This document shows, in pieces, positions 47,201-59,200 of a stretch of 64,000 nt of DNA; within the stretch, counting starts at the first letter, position 1, and each line of letters starts with the position of its first letter. The notes beneath the pieces are model-generated. The model did no database searches. It had not been told where the DNA came from and worked only from the letters and a program-made list of their open reading frames with translations. The DNA comes from a virus. Taxonomy: Duplodnaviria > Heunggongvirae > Uroviricota > Caudoviricetes. Location of the stretch: IMG/VR virus record IMGVR_UViG_3300032335_000499, one strand, 5' to 3'. The translations under genes and the position numbers were made by a program.

Positions 47201-50200
47201 ACTTTGAACATGGTATTGTTTTTAACAACGAAACTCTATTCAATGATACCATCTATAATTTAACTACTGGCTTACGTCAAAACAGAATCTATTTACGTGG
47301 TACTAAAACTGCTGAGTGGGACGGTACAGTAGATGCATGGGGCTTTGTATTAAATCAAGACAACGTAGTTGAATGGTCACGTGAACTCAAATACACCAAA
47401 GGTTCAATTGTCCTGTACAAAAACAAGTATTGGTCTGCACTAAAGATTGTTGAACCAAGTTCAGTGTTCAATGAACTAGAGTGGAAAGAAATTGATTACG
47501 CAGATATTCAAAAGGGCTTGTTACCAAACGCAAGTACTCGTGCGTATGAAAGCACCTTGTACTACGATATCAACAATGCAAATCTAGAGAATGATGCTGA
47601 CCTATTGTCATACTCATTAATTGGATATCGTCCAAGAGACTATCTTGCACTTGCAGATTTGACCGACGTTACCCAAATCAATGTTTATCGAAACTTGATT
47701 CGTGATAAAGGTACACTGAATGCTGCTAATGCGTTTAAGGGTGCAAATCTTCCACAAGGTGGAATTGATTATACTCTGTATGAAAACTGGGCAATTTTGT
47801 CCGGTGAGTACGGTGGTCTACTAAACGATAATTTTGTAGAATTCAAGCTTGATCAGCCATCGCTGACCGGCAACCCATCAATCGTATCACTCAACAACGG
47901 AATTTATACTCCGGGCGCTCAACAAGAAGTTTCACTATACAGCCTGTTTAATTACGGAAGACTTCCTGAATCGCCAAATATCCTAAGCACCACAACAGAA
48001 ACATATCCTGTTGCGCTGTATCCTAATGCAGGCTACGTGAATTTCAATGATGTTAAAATGGCATCTTACTATTACGCTGGTTTACCCTCAGCTATCAACC
48101 GCTCAGGCACTTATATTCCAGTAAATCAGTTTTATGTGCGTGATTATCTATGGCTTGCTAACTTTAAAGAAAAGTGGGCCGTGTATTCATGGAAGCCGAT
48201 TGCAGAAGTAATTCAAGTAAGAGGCAACATTAACGATACTGCAACAATAACCTTTAGTAAGCCACATGGATTAAGCAAGCTTGATCCAATCGCAATTATT
48301 AATTTTGCTGACAATATTGACGGCTACTATATCGTGAGTGATATTGTAAATCTAACACAAATTATTATCAATCTTACTGCACCTACAGCACAGAACACTC
48401 CACTCATTGGACGAGGCTTAGGCATGAAGTTTGTCAATCAGAGAGTTGCAACTCCTGCTGACATTAAGGATCTAGATTTACTAGAAGCAGAATTCACAAA
48501 GAATACCGTTTGGGTAGATGAAAATACTGACGGTGGTTGGGCAGTATACAGAAAAAATATCAACTATCAATTACAGACTGAGCTTTCTAGACCTATCTCA
48601 GAATTTGAAACCGGCTACGGTGTAACATTTGGTTCAAGTGTTGCTTACACTTCACAAGCAGGTTATCTAATCGGTGATGCTGGTGCAGGCAAAGTATATC
48701 GTTATGCAGTCAATCTATTGTCAGGTGATTTTAATGTTGTTGAAACATTAACTAACGGTACTTCGTTTGGTGCAAAGATTGTGTATGGACAAAATGTCTA
48801 TGCTATCTCAGAACCAACAAGCGTTACTCCAGCAGTATACCTGTATATCATTAATAACTCAGTCGTTAGCGATGATATGACCGATAATACAACTCTTACT
48901 CCTGAGCCGTATCAGACAATTTTAGCTCCAGGCGGTGTAACTGATTGGGGTAGCCAACTAGCAATGTCAGATGACGCTAATTGGATTTATATCTCAGATG
49001 TTGACAACGATCAGGTTTACGTATATCGTAGACAGAACTTCTCACTAGATGCCGGATACTTTGTTCCAACAGAAACCTATATTATTACTTCTTTGGGTAA
49101 CACTGATTTCACATTGATTGGCGCAGTAGAAAACAAAGTAGGTATTACGTTTGTTGCTACTGGCGCTGGAACAGGAACTGGTACAGCAACACAATCATCA
49201 TATAAGTTTGCTACTATCATCGACGGCTCACTAGAAGTGGCTGCTGGTTCAAACTTTGGTTCTGCAATCGCAACAGACTATAAGGGCGACACTGTTATCA
49301 TCGGTGCACCTAATGTTGACTACAGCATGAGCGTAAACGACTGGGGCAAGGCACTTGTTTATCAGCGCCGAATGCAGAATGTAGAAGTTCAGTATACATC
49401 AATTCCTAATGAACCGCAAGTATATTCTTTGGGTTGGAGTCCAACTAGTTTGGATGTGACTGTAACCTCAATCAGCGGAAATGAACTAGTGTGCGTAGAC
49501 ACAACCGGAATGACCGTAAACGATCCGGTACTGTTCAGTGGTTCAGTGTTCTCAGGAAGTGATGTATCAGTAGGTGGCATCGTATATTACGTTGAGGATG
49601 TAGTTGACTCTACTCACTTCACTATAAAAACCAGCAGAAGCTCATCTACAGCAGCAACTATTAATAACTTTACCCCGAGCGTAGATGCAGCATCAGCAAT
49701 TGTTCCTGGACAGACATACATAATTGTTTCAGTAGGTACTACTGACTTTACTGCAATCGGCGCCTCTGCTAATACAGTAGGCGTAGTGTTTACTGCTACT
49801 ACTGCTGGTACTGGTACAGGAACAGCAAGTAAAGTAATGATTGCAAATGTGCAAACTAATCCGCTATATGTTTCGGTAAATGGAACATTGGTTGCAGACA
49901 ATAACTATGCTATCGTGTCTGACGATCTATATTATGTCGGTGCAGTAAACGGCGGCGATATTGTCAATATAAGTGACAGTGGATTTGATTTCGTACAGGA
50001 AGTCAATTCTCAATTTAATGATAGACCAGGCATTCAGTTCGGTTATGCATTAGATTGCGATACCCAAGGTGCTATGTTTGTAGTCGGCGCTCCTTACGAA
50101 ATCAATAGCAATAATGTTGAGGGTGCTGCATACACATATATTAATGGCGGCGCAAGATACGGTGTTGTTATTGGTACTAACGAGTGCAATATTACCACTG

Positions 50201-53200
50201 ACAGAAATCTATTACTTAACGGATATCTTGTCCCGCTAACAGCCGGTAACGCAACACTCGCTGCTCAAATCATTAATGGTACTAATATTACCAATGTTCA
50301 GGCAAGCGCAACAGCAGACAACAAGTTAATCATTCAAGTTATTAACACTGATCTATCCATATACAATGAGAAGTTACTGGTAGCTGCCGATTCTGCTACG
50401 CTAAGTGAATTGGGTATTGAGTTGTATACCAACACTCAGATTGTAACTATTCCTCATGTCTATGGTCAGTCACAGTTTGGTAAAGCAATCAAGTTTAATG
50501 ACAGAGGTTCATTATTAGTCTCAGCTCCAGTTGGCACTAGATTTGCAGCAACTACCTTTGATTTTACCGACGATGAGAACCTAGACAACGACACTATATT
50601 TGATAATAACGCTACCCGTTTCATAGATGAGTATCCAAATGCAGGCGCAGTTTATATGTTCGATTATTTAGGAACATATAATGAAAATCTATTGAATTCC
50701 GGCAAGTTTGTTTACGCTCAAGCGGTAAACTATACTCAAACCGAATATGGATTTAATCCTTATTACGGTGAAGCAATCGAATTCAATGACAATGTTGTAA
50801 TGGTCGGTGCACCTGACTTTATTCCCGCACAAAACGGCGGTCTAATTACTGTATTTGATAATGCATCTGGCATCAGTGACTGGTCAGAATTTAGACAATC
50901 TTCTCCGATAGTTGATGTCAATAAGATTCAGAATAGTCAAATCTTTAGTGCAGAGACAAACAATACTCTAGCAAATCTAGATTACATGGACCCTCTACAA
51001 GGCAAGTTGTTGGGCGTTGTTCGTGAGAACTTAGACTATGTTGCCGGTATTGACCCTGCGAAGTATAACTCAGACTTAGCAGATCAAACTGGATACAACT
51101 GGGGTTCGGAACAAGTCGGTCAACTTTGGTTCAATACTAATAATATACGATTCATGAACTACCATCAGAATGATGTAGTTTATAATTCTGAGTATTGGGG
51201 AACGCTCTTCCCTGGATCAGATATTGCAGTGTATACATGGGTAGTCAGTAATGTTCCTCCCAATCAGTATCAGGGTCCCGGTATCCCGTTCAACACCAAC
51301 CTATATTGTGTAGCAAGCACTATTAATGCTTCAGGTGTAGTTGTGCCTATCTATTATTTCTGGGCACGAAACACAAACGTAATCTCAGAGTATAGAGAAA
51401 AGACATTATCTGATTTTGTAATCGCCAATTACATTTCTAATCCTCGTGGTTCAGGCGTCGCTTACATGGCTCCTCTATTGCCTAATACGTTTGCTCTATA
51501 CAATTGTTCATCGGTTATTAATGCTAATGATTCTGTATTCCATATCGGTTATGCAAACGGAACTTCAGATGACGTTGGTCACCAAGAGTTCACTTTGATT
51601 AGACAAAACTATCCTGATGACTTCTTACCTGGATTGCCCAATTCAGTCATTATGCACGGTAACAATACGAATGTCAATCAAAATGTCTACAACACTCAAC
51701 TTCCTTCTGGGTTGTATGATAGAATGCTTGATTCATTGTCCGGATGTGATGAGGATGGTCAAGTAGTACCTAATCCATTCTTACCTAAAGCAGTTCAGTC
51801 AGGTGTGTTAGCTCGTCCAAGACAGAGCTTCTTCTTTGACAGATTTGATGCTGTAAAGAACTACTTGATTTATGCCAATGATGTTCTAGCACAGTTCCCA
51901 ATCACAGAAACTAGACCAAACGCAACATTCTTGTTTGCTTCAGGCGAATTCTATGACACTGCTGACTACTGGGAATACGTAAATTGGTGGGCAATTGGGT
52001 ACGACAACAATACTAAGTCCGTAATACAGGTAGGTATCTACTCAGACCTAGCAACTCTTAACGTGGCAGTTGGAACGTTGGTTACTGTTGAACAAAACGG
52101 GGCAGGTAAGTTTGAGGTCTATCGTTATGACGGCGATAGCATTTGGACTCGTGTAGGTCTAGAAAATGGCACGATCCAGTTCAAGACATTTTTATGGGAT
52201 TACGCTGCTGGCAAGTTCGGCTTCAGTGGTGACTTCTTCGACAATACTAGTTACGACCTATATCCAAGCGAAGAAACACGTTACATCATTCGTGCATTGA
52301 ACGAACAAATCTATCTAGATGAGCTAGTTGAATTCAGAAACAAGAGCTTGATTATTCTCTTTGAATACATTCAAAGTGAAACGATAGAATCACAGAATTA
52401 TCTTCCTTGGTTAAACAAGACCTCGCTACTTGACGTATCGCATACTATTAGAGAGTTGCGACCAGTTGAAGTATTCCAATCAGATAACCAAGATTTTCTT
52501 GAGGGCTATATCAATGAGGCTAAACCATATCACGTTGTAATTAAAGAATTCATATTCTCGTATAAGGGACAAGAAGATTACTTAGGTAATTTCACGGACT
52601 TTGATCTTCCGGCAACATATAACACTACCTATCAGAAATTTATTTCTCCGCAGTTAGTATATGGAGACCCGTCAACTGAATATCAGTATTCAGCAACTAG
52701 CGATATTTGGAATAATCCTAGCTATTCAGCATGGTTTGAAAATTACGGTATATCTATTACCGGAGAAGACAACTATCCAATAACTACTCTTGTTTCTTAT
52801 GTAAGCCTTAGCTCAAACTATATTATTGTTGACAACGCACAAGGTTTCCCTATCAACGGCGTCATCAGAATTGGTGATGAAGATATAAGTTATGCATACG
52901 TTGATAGAGCATTGAATATATTAGGTGGACTGGTCCGCGGCCTAAACAATACTACTACAGGCGATCATTTACCTAACGAGCAAGTGTACATTGATCTTCC
53001 TGCTGTAGTTGTTCTCAACGGCGGAAGCAATTACTCAGAACCTCCGCAAATCACTGCGTACATCGATTTGGCTGTATATCCTGAACCATCCGAAGCCGCC
53101 GTATTTGAAGCAGTGATGAGCAATGGTGTAGTCCAAAGCGTGACAGTAATCAACCCGGGTAGAGGATACGCAGTACTTCCTGAACTGATTGTTGCCCCTT

Positions 53201-56200
53201 CAGAAGAAATATACTTTACTAACAATGATATTAATTCTGAATTGCATACTGTTAGACTTTATGCTCCTAATCTAAGAACAGGCGATCTAGTCAAATTCCG
53301 TTCCGGCACAAATACTTCCGGCTTGTCAACTGTTTCTGTCGGTAAGCTAGTAGACGATCAATGGTACTATATCAATGTGCTTGAAGATACTCCTACTGCA
53401 ATTGTAGCTTTTTATACTAATTACGCAGATGCATTGCAGGATCACGACCGAATTGCAATTTTTGCTAACGGAGAAAGTAATAACCTCTCTATCGCTCCGG
53501 GAGCTAAGGTATCTGCTATATCTTCTTCTGCACCAATCAGAGAAAACAACATCACCTTGCGCTTTGATAGAACTACGTATGGTTCTCAAGTACAAGATTG
53601 GAGAGCAGGAGCGTATTACGGATCATTCTTTGCTGGTAGCTACTATAATAGCGAATCAGTGTCAAGTTCTAATATATTACTAGACAATGAATTTCCAGAT
53701 ATCAATACTATTCTTGCTAGTGCCCAAGGCGCAACATTCGAGATTGTTGACGTTACTAATGACCAAGAATTAGATTGGTCATCGTTCATTCGTTATATAT
53801 TGTCCACTACGGCGTCTACTGATGCAATTCGATTAGTACCTCAGACTAACTCGTTTGTTGCAACTGGTAGTATTTCTAACGGAAGCGGTGCTTCCGGTAC
53901 AACAATGACTATTTTGGAAGTAGATTCTGGAACTATTGAACTCGGCACATTCATCTACGGATCAGGCATAGATCCTGATACCTATGTAGTATCACAACTT
54001 TCAGGTACTACCGGTGGCGCTGGCACATACCAGCTATCAGTCGCCGCTTTTACTGGAAATATTCAAATCACTGGTTACGATTTGTTTAACTATCTACCTA
54101 ACACTTCTGGTACTACAGTTGGTTTCTACGAAGGTATGCCAATCAAGTTTGTTGGTGCAGTCATCGGCGGACTCGTAAACAATCAAACTTACTATGTAAA
54201 AGACATCATCAATGACCTTGATTTTACGGTGTCTGCAACTGTCGGTGGCGGAACACTAGCACTAAGCGATGCAAGTGCTAGCCTTGCTGGTCTAGAATGC
54301 TATACCGGCGAAGTAGTAAACACCGCAGTGCTTACTGTTAACTATCCTGGCATATTGGAAGTAACAGCTTCTACTAGCGGAACTAATGCTTTAACTGTTC
54401 CTACTAGTGTTATTGGCACTGGCGGAACCTACAATTTCTATACAAATCTTCCTGTATTCTTTACCGGTGATGTGTTCGGCGGAATTATTGAAAATGAGCC
54501 TTACTACATTACTACTGTAATTGACGAAGAAAACTTCACGATTTCAACAACGCAGAATCCATTAATGATTGATGTATCTGCAACTATTGGTTCTACTGAT
54601 ACAGTAGTACTAAGTTCAGTTGATGGTATTACTATCAATACTCCAATTATATTTGTAGATTTGGTCGGAGCTACAGGTGGAATCGTTCAGGGAACTACAT
54701 ATTATGTAAGTGCAATCGATACAGTAAACAACGAAATAAAGATTGCGCTTACAATTAATGGTACTCCGGTCGATTTATCTAATAGCAGCGTAACTGGAAC
54801 ATTAATTAGCCAAGCAGGAGTAGTTACCTTAACTACTGCAACCGGAACAATGACTATGAACGTTTCTCTTCCGGTCAGTCCAGGACAGATCAACGGGCAG
54901 TTGTTCACTCTGTATGGTACTTCACCTCAATTCCCTGATATTACAAGCGGTACTGTTAGTGACAAGATAATACGAACTGTTAATGCGACAGTTGACACTT
55001 CCAATGTCATCGCAATTTCATCTGTTCAAGGCGGAACCAGTTTCTTCTACAAGAACATGCCTGTTAGCTTTGATATTTCAGTAGGTGGCTTGAGTCCAGA
55101 CCCAACTTATTACTATATCGTAGAATTTTCAGGAATGGATGACCCATTAAATGTCGGTGAAGTATTCCCGAATATCCAAGTACAAGTAGTAAGCACTTCT
55201 TCTACTGGCAATTTAATCACAGTAGACGTAAGCGAAGGATTTGACACTGACTCACTGTATGTAGGTATGCCGATTGTATTCTCAGGAACTGGCTTTGGTA
55301 ACATAATCATTGACCGAGAATACTTCGTCGCATCAATTCCTTCATCAACTACCTTCACGATTAAAGAAACACTCGTTGGATCAACTTTTGTATTACAAAA
55401 TGGATCGGGTCTGATGATTGGTACAGGCGACCCTTATGTTAAGGTATCTACTGCTCCTGACGGCGCTGCTGAAACTCTGACTACTGATGTTGCGCCCGGC
55501 GCAATAATGACTCAGTATATCATTGACCCGCCAATCTTCGACATGTCATATGTCGTAGGTGGATATCGTGCTATCATTCAAGACGGCGGCGAAGGATTTG
55601 CAATCAACAATACAATCACTATCAGTGGTGTAGAAGTTGGAGGGACAACTCCTGCAAATGACATTACTCTGACAGTTAATACTGTAGATGCATCCGGTGT
55701 TATTACTAGTGTAATTTGTGCAGGAACTGCTCCAGGACAGTCTAACCAGTACTATCTAAAAGTAATATCCCCAACTCAACTTGAAGTATATTCTGATCCG
55801 TTAATGAATGTTCCGGTAAGCGGAATTGATTTTGCATATGAAGGATTCACTACTACTTCAGTTACAGAAACCCAGGCATCAACCGATACTCTAACACTAA
55901 CTGACACAACCGGATTTGAAGTAAATGATGCCATAGTGTTTACCGGAAACGTTGCTGGTAATGTAGTTGCTAACGAAACATACTACATCGTAGATGTTAC
56001 CGGAAATGATATTCAAATCAGCGAAAATCCAGGCGGATCAGTATTTGCTCTAGCTACTGTGCTTTCTGCTAACTTTACCGCAGCTAAACCAGGAAGTGTT
56101 GCTCTACTTCCGGAGCCATTCTTCTTTAACCAATCAATTGTCAAATTTAACGGTAGAGTTTATGTTTGTATAATTTCAAACGACGATTCTGAATTTGTAT

Positions 56201-59200
56201 TAGGTAAGTGGGAATTGATAGATAGCGGCGACCGTAGATTGAATGCAATGGATAGAACAATCGGATACTATAACCCGACTGTTAATATGCCTGGCGTAGA
56301 TTTAACACAGCTATTTGAAGGTGTAACTTATCCTAACTCAATCTATCAGGGTAACGCATTCCAGCCCAATCAGCAATTCGAACTAGATACTATCCTACAA
56401 GATCAACCATTCTATCCCAATGATGTTGACATGACCGGTATCGTGTATGCCGGCGACAGATATATTGCTTGCGCCAACTTACCCACTTACACCGGCATTG
56501 TTCAGAGTGAGGACGCAGAGCTTTGGGATATTGGTAAACTAACTAATGCAGGCATTGGTGCATCAGACATGGTGTACAATGACGGTCTGTATGTAATGAC
56601 TTCTACTAACCCTGCTACCCCGGTATTTAGAAGTCAGGATGGTATTGTTTGGACTACAAATGGCTACTATACACCGTTCGGATATCTTCCTTACGATGAG
56701 AGTCCATATGACTCAACCTCACTTTCTGTTTCGGCGCTGTCATTGAATTCAGTTGCTTACGGCAACGGTATTTGGGTTGCAGTAGGAGAAAACATTGTAA
56801 CAAGCCCTGACACTTATATTTGGAGCGAAGTTACTAACTTTGACCCCGTTCTGCAAATCAACCTATACGGTGTGCAGTACGTAACGTTAGTAAGTTTCAC
56901 CGGATGGATTGCAGTAGGCAAAGGCAAACGCTATGATTACTCAACTGGTCTTACCGAGCTAGTAGACACAAGTTATATCTATTACAGCGTTAATGGAATA
57001 AATTGGCTTCAGGTTCCCACGGTCACTGATAAGGCATTGTATGGTATTGCGAGTGATGGCACCGGCGCTATTGCAATAGGTGATGAGGGTGTTCGTTTCT
57101 ATTCTGAAACCGGCAGCGACTGGTTCGGAATGAACGAAGCTGCTGTTATTACATTCAGTGAAACTAATTACATTATTGAAATTGCTCCAGCAGCCTTGCA
57201 ATTAAATCAAGAAATTAAGTTTAACACTACATTCTCTGATATAGTAGCAGGAACAAGTTATTATGTCAAGCAAATTGTTTCGCCAACCTTAATTACTATC
57301 TCTGCTACTCCGGGTGGCGTAGTGAAAACACTGAGCGCGGCTGCTGTCCCCGCAAACACTATGTTGTATTCGTATGAAGTAGGGTCAGCCTCTATTCTTG
57401 ACCTATCTTACTCTAACAGCATTTGGATGGGCGTAGGTAACGAAGGTAGAGTATTAACCTCACCTGATGGAATAGTTTGGACTGACCAAGACTCCGGTAC
57501 TGAAAATGTACTTAGAGGAATCACCTATAACAATACCGCAGTTGAGTTTGTTGTAGTTGGACAGAACAATACTATTATTGCGAGTGACGATGACGGTGCA
57601 ACTTGGAATAGTACGTCATTGTTTGCAGTAACACCTTCTACGTATGATGTACAGGGTGCAGCATTTGAGTTTGGTTATGGTCCAGAAGAATTAGTTCCAG
57701 GATTAATTGCTGACAATCTTGTAATGACAGTATCTACCCGTCCCGGTACAAACTGGCCAGTAGAAGAATATGCACACACTGGATTCAATGTTGTAAGTAT
57801 TCAATTAACTCCGACTAGCGGAGAACAAACTGAATATAGTTTTGATGGAGTTGTCAATATTCCGGCTCAAATACTTGTTCAAGTATTGGACGCTACTACT
57901 GAGTTAGGAACTACTCTATCAACAAGTGATTACTCTATTGATTGGCTTACTAAGAAAATTACATTGAATGCACCGCTAGATTACTTGTCACCGTCAACAC
58001 AAAGTTTACGTATTGACGTATACGAAGTAGGTAATGGAGATCAACTAGTTAAATCGAATACTAATATTGACCCAATTCGTACTAATAGTGTTAGCGGATT
58101 TAATGAAATCTATTTGAATTGTAATTACTCAGGATTACTCTACACCGGTAGCGGAGTATTCCAATCAGGTACTTCTGCACAAACTGTACTAGTAACTGCA
58201 ACCGACGGAGTAACTAACAGACTTACATGCGAAGATGTATCTAATCTAGTAGTCAATAGCAGTATAACTTTCCAAGGTTCAGTATTTGGTAACATTGTAG
58301 AAGATACAATTTACTATGTAAAATCAATAAGTACGGCAACTAAAACTATCACAATCTCTGATTCATTTAACGGTAGTACTGGCGTAGCAGGTCCAACATT
58401 TAGTTTAAGTACTGATACCGGAACAATGTATATTAACCTACAAGTAGGAAATGGTTTGGTTTGGACTACCCCGATAATTTATCATAACGGTGTTCAAATG
58501 GTATTCGGTGTTACTGGGCTCATCAGTAAACTTACTGCTGGCACAAATGCTATTACTACAAGTTCTACATCTGGAATGAGCGTAGGAGAACCCATTGTCT
58601 TCTGTGAGGCATGTGGTTCGTTTGGTAATGTTATACAGCCAATGGTAGTTTACTACATAAATTCTATCATTGATGGTAACGAATTTACTATTTCCGCAAC
58701 TCAGGGCGGTCCTGTACTTCCACTTGATAGTTCAACTGGCGGCGCACGATTTGTAACCAATGATTATGCAATCAGCTTACAGCCTAATGACATTCAGGCT
58801 AAATTGATATTCCCGACTGACAGTTATACAACTGAGTCCGACTACATTGTATATTCTATCTTCGGTCAAACATATCCTGAGCAGTATGGATTTGCATTGC
58901 CGCAGACACAGGAGTTTGTTGGCGATGGATCACAGGCATCGTTTGCACTAAACAACTTTGTCGGAGACGATAACCCAATTAACGCAATCGTTGAGATTGA
59001 TGGGCTGAGACAAACCTTATCTAGCTACTCAATTAGCTTTGCTACCGACACTATATTGTTCTTTGCCCCACCCGCAAACGGTTCAGTAATTTCGGTTACT
59101 TCATATAACGATACTAATAGACAATACTTGACCTCACAGTATAACATCACTGGCAACCCAGAATCGTCATTAGTATCTTATACAGTAGGTTCTAGTACTA

